Translations under genes and position numbers: made by a program
In this document: positions 32,889-42,781 of the stretch, in pieces
How positions within the stretch are numbered: the first letter of the stretch is position 1
Layout of the letters: the number at the start of each line of letters is the position of its first letter
The notes under the pieces: generated by a model
What the model saw: only the letters and a program-made list of their open reading frames with translations
What the model was told of the DNA's origin: nothing
Databases searched by the model: none
Assembly: GCA_977862235.1 (NCBI GenBank)
Contig: OZ374564.1
Span: 372,001 to 436,000 of the forward strand
Length of the DNA: 64,000 bases
Source of the DNA: Dudresnaya verticillata
Taxonomy: Eukaryota
Direction: 5' to 3'

Positions 32889-34007
32889 ATGCGCAAGCGC
32901 GCCTCGTTGGCCTCCATGCAGATGGCGGAGGCAGAGGCAGACGCGTCTGCCCCTCCCGCCGCCGCCACCCCACCCCCCGCAGACATGGCCACAGGCGGTT
33001 TGCTCGTTCCGCTCCTCGCAGCATTGTACTACATTGCCACCTCCGTATCGCTCACCCTCTTCAACAAGGTCCTCTTCTCCCGCTTCCCGGCCTCAGACCC
33101 CCCGTTCCTTCTCCTGTGCCAGTCCGTCACAGCCGTGTCCATCCTTTCCGTTTTGCGCCTTACCAAGCGATTCACCCCGCCCACCTTCTCCACATGGACC
33201 CGCGCTTCGCTCCGCACCTATGCTCCGCTCTACATTTCCAACCTGGCCATGCTTCTCACCTCGCTCATTGCCCTCAAGTATACCAGCCTGCTCATGTATA
33301 ACACCCTCCGCAGGACCAGCATGATCTTCGTCGTCGCTATTCATTCAGCTATGCACCGCGTCCGTCCCACGTCGTACACAGTAATGGCCACTGCCCTTGT
33401 AACCTTCGGCGCCCTCATTGCTAGCTCCACTGACCTGGCATATGACCCCTTGGGCTATGCTCTCGCGTTTTCCGCCAATATCAGTACTGCTGTGTACCTC
33501 GTCTTTCTCCGACCCGTCCGAGATAAGTTGCAACTCACCAACTTGCAACTGCTATATGTCAATGCATTAGCCAATATCCCTATGCTCTTGCTTGTCATGC
33601 TGGCCATGCCACCTCCCGCAGGATTTCTGAGCAGCTTCTCAGACCTCACTTTTTCCATTCTGTTTCTATGTTCATGCTCGATGGCTGTCGTTATCAATCA
33701 TGCCATTTTCGTCAACACAACAACGAATGATGCTATTGCACAGTCTATCTCATCTCAGCTGAAGGACGTCGTTCTTCTCATCACGAGCATTGTGTTTGTC
33801 GATGATCCGAAACAGCGTGCTGCCGGCAATTTACAAGGCGTCTTTGTAGGCTTTTTAGGAAGTGCCGTGTACGGCATTGGAAAGCTCTTTGACAAGCAGC
33901 GCGATTCGAAAAAGTCGAAGGAGAGCCTTAGTGAAAACGCCAACGACGAACGCAAAAGTGAAGAGAGGGTCACGTTGGTATCTGCAGAAGTCAAGACAAA
34001 TGGCTAA
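32889..34007 (+). CDS. Nucleotide-sugar transporter (SLC35D/TPT family)
   Basis: SVSLTLFNKVLF, LLLCQ, MYNTLRRTS, GALIASSTDLAYD..GY, LLYVNAL, QLKDV; about 10 TMs. Start Met ambiguous. Confidence 0.88.
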   Translation: MRKRASLASMQMAEAEADASAPPAAATPPPADMATGGLLVPLLAALYYIATSVSLTLFNKVLFSRFPASDPPFLLLCQSVTAVSILSVLRLTKRFTPPTFSTWTRASLRTYAPLYISNLAMLLTSLIALKYTSLLMYNTLRRTSMIFVVAIHSAMHRVRPTSYTVMATALVTFGALIASSTDLAYDPLGYALAFSANISTAVYLVFLRPVRDKLQLTNLQLLYVNALANIPMLLLVMLAMPPPAGFLSSFSDLTFSILFLCSCSMAVVINHAIFVNTTTNDAIAQSISSQLKDVVLLITSIVFVDDPKQRAAGNLQGVFVGFLGSAVYGIGKLFDKQRDSKKSKESLSENANDERKSEERVTLVSAEVKTNG

Positions 34008-34377
34008 TTTTAGTTCCGGCCTGAAATCATGCCCAGTGAACGCCAACAATGACAGAGAACAAGCATGGAGAAAGAGGCTTGGAGGTCAACCTGTTTTGTA
34101 CTCCGCGATAGCATGCATGAAGACGTTATTGTCATGGCCACGTCTCTGTGAGAAATGTGTGATATCGAAAGTGTATATTCTATTGAGCATACCCTATCCC
34201 AGGCACATCTCGCGCACTAGTGAAGCGGAGGGTAAGTACGGATGTCATCCCCAATAAATACAACAATGGCAAATATGTTTCCAAGCGTTCAATTTACTGT
34301 GCATGTGAGAGCTAACAGCAGACGCACCTCTTCAATACATCTGATAGTCCCAGCAACAAGAAAAGCGCGTTCCAGGC

Positions 34378-36403
34378 CTACGCAGTCATGTATGACGACT
34401 GATCCACAGTCTCAGGGAGCTCGGAAAATGCAACCTCAAAGCGAGATTGCACGCCCTGGAGAACCCCCGAGTCCTCCTCGGAACTGACGAAGGAAATGGC
34501 CAGACCCTTCGTTCCAAAACGACCCGCACGACCGACACGATGCATGTAACTGTCCGGGCTCGCGGGCATGTCATAGTTGATGACAATGTTGACACGCTCA
34601 ATGTCAATGCCGCGGCCGAAGATATCCGTCGCAACTAGGATGCGCTTTTGGAAATCCTTGAATGCCTTGTAACGTTTGATTCTCTCCTCCTGACGAATAC
34701 CAGAATGGATATCAATGGATGGGAAGTTGCATTCCATCAGGAGCCTGTTCAGCTCAATTGCACGAGGAACGCTCTTCACGAAGATGACCACTTGGTTGAA
34801 CTCAAGGGCATCGAGGATATCCGTCATTTTGCGGTTCTTCTCTGCCTCCTGTAACTTGACATAATATTGAAGCAGCCCGTGGAGGGTGAGCTTGCTCTCG
34901 TCATCCACAAACACCTCCATGGGACTCTGCATGAACTTCTTCGAAACAACACGCATTTCCTTGGAAAGGGTTGCCGTAAACATCATGACCTGCTTCTCAT
35001 GTGGGGTCTCCTTGAAGATCTGCTGTACGTCGCGACGCATATCGAGCTCCTGCAGGACCTTGTCGCACTCGTCCAGAACAAAGAACTTGACTTTGTCGAC
35101 CTTCAACGCCTTCTGGTTGACGAGATCCTTAATGCGGCCAGGGGTTCCCACAACGATGTGGGGCGGGTTACTCTGGAGTAGGTCCTTGTGCTGACGCACC
35201 GGTACACCACCGTAAATCACGGAGGTGCGAATGTTGGGAAGATACTTCGAGAATCGCTCAAACTCATGAGCGATCTGATAGGCAAGCTCTCGGGTGTGAC
35301 CGAGAATGATGCAGCTGACTTCACCGTCCACCGGTTCAATCTGCTGCAAGACAGCGAGGGTAAAGACAGCAGTCTTACCCATTCCAGCCTTAGCCTGGCA
35401 GAGCACATCCATTCCGAGGATTGCCTGCGGAATACACTCATGCTGGACCTCGGACGGATGCTCAAAGCCGCAGTCCTGAATGGCACGAAGCAACTCTGGC
35501 TTCAGGAGGAAGTCCTTGAAACCAGCGGAGTGAATGCCGACATAGGTGCCCCTGAATTACGATAGGTAGAAGAAAACAAAAAGAGAGTTACAGGTACAAC
35601 GGATGATACAAGGGAATGGGTTAGCGTTTTGAAAAAGAGTGTAGGAGACACTCGGATGTTGCACCGAGCCATGGTATTCCTGAATGGCAGACAGAGTTAC
35701 ACGCGCGTTTGCCGAGCCCCGTCCCCGCGATTAGTGCTGAACTCAGCAAATGTGCAGTAGCAGCACACGAACAAAAATCCGCGCTATAATGGCATTCTGA
35801 TCGGCTGGGACTAGATTCTTAGCTCATCCACCAACAATGTTACCAAACTGGAGGGCCATCGAACTATACCTCCACGGCAACAGTAGAGAGACATGGTATG
35901 GACCACGCTTTCCTGCTGCAGTAGATGGCGAAGAGCCCTTCCATTCACCAAACCAGTATTCCGGAGCAACAGGGAACACGCCCACGTGATTCCCGTTTAC
36001 GCTGCTCCGAATGAGTGCTGCGATCAGCAAATGCTGACGCACGGGAGTAATGTCGAGGAGCCAGCCATCCAACAATGATCGCTGGCGCAGCGCTCTTTCG
36101 ACAGAACTGAGTGGCAGGATGTGCCAAACAGCTTAAGGGGTTGCAGAACAGTAGATTCAAGACTCGTCGATACGGACGAGAACGCAAGATGGGCAAGTGG
36201 GGCCAAATCGCGGGGCGGGGCAGGGCGGGCAAGACTCAAGGCGGAGCCGCAAAATCGGGGAGTGGTGGATGAGCATACTTCTTTGTGGAGTCCTTGCCAT
36301 TCTCGGTGGGTTTGTCCGCCGGGGTGGTCTCATCCTCCTCCTCGTAGTCGACGAGGTCTTCCTCACCGAGCTCATCGGGCTTCGGGTGACCTTCAACCTG
36401 CAT
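34378..36403 (-). CDS. UAP56: DEAD-box (DECD) helicase UAP56/DDX39/SUB2, 2 exons (36403-36279, 35551-34378)
   Basis: Exon 1 (not in ORF track) [42 protein letters not shown] joins [55 protein letters not shown]. Confidence 0.97.
35552..36278 (-). other. Long structured intron (727 nt) of UAP56
   Basis: GTATGC donor at 36278, GCTAAC branch at 35625-35620, TTCAG acceptor ending 35552; in-frame join AA|G. Confidence 0.92.
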
Positions 36404-37024
36404 ATTGAAACAGCTTGTCGAGGGTTACTTGATACGATTGGTTTCGGTTGTCCTTGGAGAGAGAGCAAACACGGTTAAGAGCGCACGAAAAGGATGATGG
36501 ACTGGGTCAGGCGAGGGAGGTGGCGCAGCGCTGTAGAGTCTGTACTTGAGCTGTTCGGGTTCGGCGGGAGAAAGCCTCGCGCCGGTGAACGTCGGCCGTT
36601 TTTGAACGACGGCCGTTTTTTACGTCTTTTGCCTGATCTGCTTGAGTTGGAGGGCGGCGTGTGAGTTGGCGCGCTTTTTGAAGTCAGAAAGGGCGCAAGC
36701 TCTGGCCCGAAAGATCCAAACGAACCAGAATTGGGCTAATGGGCACATTCTGATCCATTTTTCCCAAATTTCGGCCCCGATTGCTGATTGCCTTTGATGC
36801 TGGGAGCAGTAATTGGAAACGTTTTAGAAATATTCCAAGAAAATCAAAAATAATTGCTGAGTTTCAGTTGAGCTTCCTTTGCAGAACTTCGTCTCGGAAG
36901 TCAGTTTCGCTTGGATGACATCAAAACTGCCGTTGTTGTCAGACAAACCGCAGTCCCGCCGAGGCGTTGGGATTCCCAGCGCGGGATCCTCGCTCGCTGC
37001 GAGAGTCTCGCTGTGTCCCGAACT

Positions 37025-40000
37025 ATGACAGACCCAAGCCGCTCCGTCGACAAACGCTTCACGCCGTTCAATTTCAGTGACGTTGCCCCGTTCGACTCCC
37101 TCAGTGCCGCGTTGTCTGAACTTTCGCTTCCGCATGCAACCCAACCCACGGCCCCGAGCAGTGCATTCGCAGCACATGAGCTGCCCGTCAACCCGCCGTC
37201 AGCAGAGCAACGGTCCGAAATGCTTCACGCCGTAATCGCCCGAGTGCAAGAGGGAGACTGCGTGGATCTTTTTAACGCTCTTTCGGCACGAAATGGAACT
37301 GCAGCAAGGAACCAAACTCAGAATGGTCCGGCCCTGGCGCCCTGGGTGAAGGAATGGGAGGACAGCTTGCTTTCGCAAATTCAAATCGAAAAGAAAAGAG
37401 AGCACAGCCCAAGGACGAATTCTCTTCGAGCTCCTCCAAAGCGCCCACGTCGAATGCCTCCGCAGGCCACCGTCTCATCAGAATATGCACAGCACCGACG
37501 GGAAGCGCACGATGTAGCAAATGGGTTGATAAGAGCTGGGAAGCCAGCTAGAGTCGTTACCCCTGCTGCGGACTCCCATGAGCGAGAGGTGCAGTTGCAA
37601 AAGGTGTCGATAGACGTTGACCAAGACGAGTTTCGAGACTTTGTGGAGTACCTGCGCAAGATCTTGCGAAAGGCTGGTATACACTCGGCCACTGCGAGGG
37701 GTACAGACGAAGCTAGTTTGGGAGCCACTGCCAATATAGGCTTCATGAAGGAGATGTGTCAGAAGGTAGTGCTGTTCTCGGATCAGGGGGCTGTCTCTCA
37801 CGTCAGGCCACAGTTGCTTCAGCACGTCATTGGGGTTCTTCAAACGCGCGTGAGGATGGCGTCTCTGGATTGCGATGCAGTCCCTCGGTCTACTTCCACC
37901 TTGCAAGACATGGCCGTCGATGCGTCACTTGGATTGACTGCTGCATGGACAATCCTGACAGTGTTGATCGCCCCTGGCTCCCCGCGAATGCTTCTCGTGG
38001 AAGAATTGCTTGAAGTTATTCTAAGGCTTTTCGGAAACGTCTGTAAAAACGTTATATACCCCATGTGCGACCCGATGTATATCGGCTCAAGGCCTGATGC
38101 TACGCCGAAGTCTGGTAAGAAAGCCGTTAAAAGCACTAAAGAAGAACGGTCAGGTATGCCAACTGATGACGGCGACTTCAAAACTTCTATGTACTCGGGC
38201 AAGGCCTTGAAGGGTGCCATGCGAAATACTGCCGAAGACTTAATCGAATCGTGCTGCTCTGTTTTTGACCTCTTCACCAAGCTGTTCCTTAAGGAACGTT
38301 ATCTACCGGACGCAGTAGTGACGCAAAGCATATCAATATGCATTCAATCCTTGCCAGTCACGGGTGTGGTCCGCCTGCAAACGCACGCGATGAAGCTTCT
38401 ATGCTCTATATTTGCATCATACCTTCACCATCGCTTGTCTATTCTTGATGACGTGCGGGAAGCAGGTTCCGCGGTTCCAAGTAATCGAAGGCACCTACGA
38501 TGCTTCCAATTGGGAGGAGAGCACAGGAACATACGAATTTCGTCTGCACTTATGGCGCAGCTTCTTTGTTTGGCATGTACAGATGGAGAGGACAAGCCCT
38601 CAAAGAAAGAACGAGGAGAGCAATCTGAGAATAGTTCCAAGCAGAGTTGGGTGTTACTCCGAAGGAAACAGCATGATCGAGCAGCAAAAATGGCAGGGCA
38701 CTTGATAGAACCGCTTCTGAGCCGCGCGTATAGTGACCGTGAGCCGGAGTACCGTGTCGCGTTTCAGGCCTTGCTCGAAGACATGCTTTCCCTATATGGA
38801 TTGCCAGACTGGCCATCTGCTGAGCTGATACTGCAAACCATTTCAGTTTCCATAATCACGAAGATGAGATCTGCAGGCGAGAAACGTGCTTTCTTGAAGA
38901 GCGTTTGTGTCGATATTCTAGGCACCTTAGCAGCGAGAATGTGTACCTTGTATGGTGAACAAATTCTTCGTTCTTCATCATGTTCACAGCCTACCGAAGT
39001 GAGCTCTGAGGCTTTAGAAAGAGAACGAGAAAATCTGCTGGTGTTCCTCGACTCGAAGAAAAGCTTGGCTATATCTGCAGCATATAGGTTCTACGAAGCA
39101 TTGTTTGTTACAGATGACCACAGCATCGCGACAAGTAGGAGGGAAACTTCGTGCCAGTTAGCTGACATAGATGGGCAGCGCGATGGCAACTGCTCTGATG
39201 AGGTGTTGGACGGTCAAGACGCTGCGCTTCCCACTGATGAGGAACTGTTTGATCGAGTCCAATCGAAAGCGTTACTTCGGGAGGAACGCGTAACTGCGCG
39301 TCGTTCACAGAACGAGCAAATCGACAGAAGACAAGCTTCCGAGGCTGCTCGTTTCATCGGAATCAATCGCAGTTTCGCGAGAGGGTTTAAGACAATATTG
39401 GATGCAATTCTGGACGGAACCCACGATGCAGCTCCCACTGTTCGGGCGAAATCGGTTAAGGCGCTCACGGTAGTTGAAGAGTCCTGTGAAGGCTTGCTCC
39501 GTGCGTTCCCAGAACTACTGGCAAATATGGAGTTAAGGAGTCGTGATGCGTCCACTCTCACTAGAGATGCAGCCTTGGACCTACTTAGCAGATCCCTGGT
39601 GTTGGAATCCAAGAAGAATGGGCAAGGGCATAGGAGAGATGACAATGAAAAGGATGCTGCAGCAGAGTCGGGCACATTTGATGCTACGCTATTCGAGCGA
39701 ATCTTTGCGATTGTAGAAAGGCGATTGCCAGATATGTCTACATTGGTCCGCAAGCGAGCCATCTCTATCATGCGGTCAGTCCTATCCAGTGCTCTCTCTA
39801 TATGTGAAACCATACGGGAGAGAGGTGGGAAAACAATTGATGGTGCAGATGAGTGCAAAGTCTACGAGCGTCGAGTGATAAGTATCTGCGTTAATCTCGT
39901 CGGCCGTTTGGAAGATCCGGAGAATTCAGTGCGTGAAGCAGCTGAACGTACTTTGCGTCACGGCCTATTCGGATTCGATAGTTCGCAGCCTACTAGGGTG

Positions 40001-42781
40001 CAATATCTTCAAAGCTCTGAAACGGCTGCGATTGTAGCTGAACGCATGATATCCGTTTATGGTCGTTTACCAAGCACAATTCATTCATCGCTAATGTCTC
40101 GAGTCGCCGACGGCCCTCTACTGGAAAAGTATAAGTCTTTCTTTACTTCAATTGTTGACGCTGTCGTCGAGCAGTTTCATGATTTCGAAGCAAAGTTAGC
40201 AAGTGCAATTCAAGGCAAGAGCAGGAGGGATCTTTCTGAGAAAGAAGCAGAAGGTGTCAGAGTGTTATCAGGCCGGCGGGTCGCCTGCTCGGCAGTGATT
40301 TGCGCTTTTGGAACGTTGCAAGCTTCACTGGTTGGTCCCCATTGCAGAGCGTTGGCCCCAAGTATCAAAGGAGTTGTCGGTGACGGGGCCTTAGCGAACA
40401 GCACTGACGTTGCTTGCGTGCAGCGGATTCTGAAAACGCTAGAGATTGGACTAGGTGAAAGCACTGATCTGGACAACGCATTTCTCGAGGAGGTGTTGTA
40501 CGACGTCGAGCTCATTATGTGCCAGTGTCCAGTGTCAATGCTAGAAGAAGCTTCGGTACGGTGTCTGTGCGTCGTCACAAAGAAAGCTGGTACTTCCGAG
40601 GCGAAGGACGTTCTTTTGAGAGCTGCGAATTTGTTCGTAGATTTTCTGCGCTCGTCTGAAGACAAACTTCGTAACTATTGTGCGGCTCCGTTGCCAGATA
40701 GAGAGTCGCCGCTTGAGCGAAATGCACGCGTGGCCCTGGTTCGTCTTGGCCTTTTAAGCCGATATGGTGAGTTCGACGACGACTTCGTTGCAAACATTTA
40801 CGACGTCTTTCATTCCGTTTTTCAGGTAGTGGGCGTGAGAAATAGGAAAGACACTTTAGCGAGGGCGGCTATACGGGCTCTGTCCCATCTAATGATACGA
40901 CATAGGTCACAGCTCGAGAAGGGTACAACACTAATGCTGAGTGCGATGGATACTTGTGCGCGTTCCGAGGTTTCCAGGTCAGGAACTATTGAGGATGCTA
41001 ACTTCGGAAGCCCTCAGGAGTTGGCCAAGTTTGGCGAAGGAGTACAGCTAGAAGTGCTCCAATGGTTTCAAGACCTCCTACGTGATGAAGAAGACCGTAA
41101 TAGCTCTGGACAATATACCAGTGGCGTGATGAGCGTCGGAAAGGCTATCAAGGAAATGAAGCAAGCAAGTATTGAGAGACGGGCAGCTCGACATGATGAG
41201 AAGAATGCTAGGGAAAGTCCTCGGCTAGAGAAGGCCCCGGTACTGGCAGCAGAAGAGGACGCTGAAGCTGGGTTCTTAGCTGGAAGTGCTCAGTCCATGG
41301 TTCCTCGTCTGTTTCTTGCGGTCAACAGCCCTTTCGTTCCAGTGCGAAGAACTGTGGCAAACGTTTTGGGGTTGCTTGTACGACAAGGGCTTGTTCTGCC
41401 CGCGACAGTGGTCACATCCTTGTTCAGCCTATTACTGGATAAGGACAAGGGATGTCGTGACTATTCATTTCGCGTAGTTTCATTCTTAGCTGACCGACAC
41501 TCTGGTATGTTGGCATCAGCAGCACTATCTGCTATGCGGTCCTGCTTTGAAACATCCTTTGCGGTCCGCTATTTGTCTCAACCCATTATGGATGAAGGAG
41601 ACCAGACTATCGGGGGCAAACCTATCGATGTGGAAGCCGGTTATGAAAGCCTTCAACAAGTTTCAAGGCGAGTCCCCACAGCTGACGAGATTGTTAGGTT
41701 ATGTACCGATGAGAAGACTGGTCATTCACTACTTTCCCAGGCGGTCATGGCTATTCGCAGAGATCAACGTCGTGGTATTCTTGAGAGCTTGATGCGGGAA
41801 TTTGACCCGCGTGTTTCTACAAAGGAAACGATTCACAATGACCATGTTTCCGATACGCAAGTCCCGGACAGAAAGCCTGAGAATCATGACGTTGGAGCAT
41901 CAGGAACTGTCAAGCCGGACGTAGATCGTCAACGGAACGATGATGACGATCTCGGCGATGTTGCTGGAAAGCACATAGATTTATTGTCAACGTCAAAACT
42001 GTCCCCTCTGCCGGTACTGTACTTCTTCGCCGCTACACTCAGCAGCATAGACTACACCAACGGAGCTGGCATTGGTGGCTCTTTAACTCAAGGGGGAGGG
42101 ACCGCAGCAGCAGATGCGAGAATGAAACAGGCAAGGGAGGATGTAACCGATCTAATTGGGATAGCCACACGTATCATCTCAAATAGTGGACAGGCTACAC
42201 TTCGAGTAGCAAAACAAGTCATGAGGCAAAGACTTCCTCTCACGGAGCGCAAAAAACAGACAGTTCGCTTTTCGTCCCGAATTTCATTGCTACTTCAACT
42301 GAAGAACCATCTGAAGAACGTTAGGTGGAAACTGGCCGTTGCAGTTGATGACGGAAACAAAGATGATGTGGATCTAGCTGCGGCAGGGTGTCGTATGCCA
42401 GAATTCTCACCGTTGACCTCACCCCTGGAGTTGCTTCGAGTGAGTCAGGCGCAGGGCTCAAGCCCGAACTTTGAAGATCTCGCTGATGGACAACTAGCAA
42501 ACTTTGACAAGCTGATGAGAGAAGACGCAATCGACGAACGTGATATAACGATGGGGCAGCGGCGGTCACGCTATGGAGGTGGCAACCGAAGAAAAAGCGT
42601 CCCTCGGACGAGCGCTACCAAGAGCGCTAAGAAGAAAACTGCAGAAGATCTGACCCCAACTGCAAAACGGGATCGTTTGCCTCGTCGGGTATCTACGAAT
42701 CGCTCGAAGAAGAGTTGTCGTGAGATTGAAAGCTCTGAAGACGACGAAGGCAGTGACTTCGATCCAGGGAGCGTGGCATAG
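37025..42781 (+). CDS. SCC2: Cohesin loader SCC2/Nipped-B-like HEAT-repeat protein
   Basis: PDWPSAELIL, DAAPTVRAKSVKAL, DASTLTRDAALDLL, RLPDMSTLVRKRAI, LVRQGLVLP..V..L. Single ~5.7-kb exon from ATG 37025. Confidence 0.9.
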   Translation: MTDPSRSVDKRFTPFNFSDVAPFDSLSAALSELSLPHATQPTAPSSAFAAHELPVNPPSAEQRSEMLHAVIARVQEGDCVDLFNALSARNGTAARNQTQNGPALAPWVKEWEDSLLSQIQIEKKREHSPRTNSLRAPPKRPRRMPPQATVSSEYAQHRREAHDVANGLIRAGKPARVVTPAADSHEREVQLQKVSIDVDQDEFRDFVEYLRKILRKAGIHSATARGTDEASLGATANIGFMKEMCQKVVLFSDQGAVSHVRPQLLQHVIGVLQTRVRMASLDCDAVPRSTSTLQDMAVDASLGLTAAWTILTVLIAPGSPRMLLVEELLEVILRLFGNVCKNVIYPMCDPMYIGSRPDATPKSGKKAVKSTKEERSGMPTDDGDFKTSMYSGKALKGAMRNTAEDLIESCCSVFDLFTKLFLKERYLPDAVVTQSISICIQSLPVTGVVRLQTHAMKLLCSIFASYLHHRLSILDDVREAGSAVPSNRRHLRCFQLGGEHRNIRISSALMAQLLCLACTDGEDKPSKKERGEQSENSSKQSWVLLRRKQHDRAAKMAGHLIEPLLSRAYSDREPEYRVAFQALLEDMLSLYGLPDWPSAELILQTISVSIITKMRSAGEKRAFLKSVCVDILGTLAARMCTLYGEQILRSSSCSQPTEVSSEALERERENLLVFLDSKKSLAISAAYRFYEALFVTDDHSIATSRRETSCQLADIDGQRDGNCSDEVLDGQDAALPTDEELFDRVQSKALLREERVTARRSQNEQIDRRQASEAARFIGINRSFARGFKTILDAILDGTHDAAPTVRAKSVKALTVVEESCEGLLRAFPELLANMELRSRDASTLTRDAALDLLSRSLVLESKKNGQGHRRDDNEKDAAAESGTFDATLFERIFAIVERRLPDMSTLVRKRAISIMRSVLSSALSICETIRERGGKTIDGADECKVYERRVISICVNLVGRLEDPENSVREAAERTLRHGLFGFDSSQPTRVQYLQSSETAAIVAERMISVYGRLPSTIHSSLMSRVADGPLLEKYKSFFTSIVDAVVEQFHDFEAKLASAIQGKSRRDLSEKEAEGVRVLSGRRVACSAVICAFGTLQASLVGPHCRALAPSIKGVVGDGALANSTDVACVQRILKTLEIGLGESTDLDNAFLEEVLYDVELIMCQCPVSMLEEASVRCLCVVTKKAGTSEAKDVLLRAANLFVDFLRSSEDKLRNYCAAPLPDRESPLERNARVALVRLGLLSRYGEFDDDFVANIYDVFHSVFQVVGVRNRKDTLARAAIRALSHLMIRHRSQLEKGTTLMLSAMDTCARSEVSRSGTIEDANFGSPQELAKFGEGVQLEVLQWFQDLLRDEEDRNSSGQYTSGVMSVGKAIKEMKQASIERRAARHDEKNARESPRLEKAPVLAAEEDAEAGFLAGSAQSMVPRLFLAVNSPFVPVRRTVANVLGLLVRQGLVLPATVVTSLFSLLLDKDKGCRDYSFRVVSFLADRHSGMLASAALSAMRSCFETSFAVRYLSQPIMDEGDQTIGGKPIDVEAGYESLQQVSRRVPTADEIVRLCTDEKTGHSLLSQAVMAIRRDQRRGILESLMREFDPRVSTKETIHNDHVSDTQVPDRKPENHDVGASGTVKPDVDRQRNDDDDLGDVAGKHIDLLSTSKLSPLPVLYFFAATLSSIDYTNGAGIGGSLTQGGGTAAADARMKQAREDVTDLIGIATRIISNSGQATLRVAKQVMRQRLPLTERKKQTVRFSSRISLLLQLKNHLKNVRWKLAVAVDDGNKDDVDLAAAGCRMPEFSPLTSPLELLRVSQAQGSSPNFEDLADGQLANFDKLMREDAIDERDITMGQRRSRYGGGNRRKSVPRTSATKSAKKKTAEDLTPTAKRDRLPRRVSTNRSKKSCREIESSEDDEGSDFDPGSVA

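Noticed and set aside
35740..36011. Canonical H/ACA or C/D snoRNA call within the UAP56 intron
   Set aside because: Two hairpins and an ACA, or GGAUGA/CUGA boxes, are present, but the H box, pocket spacing and an rRNA guide could not be verified by eye.
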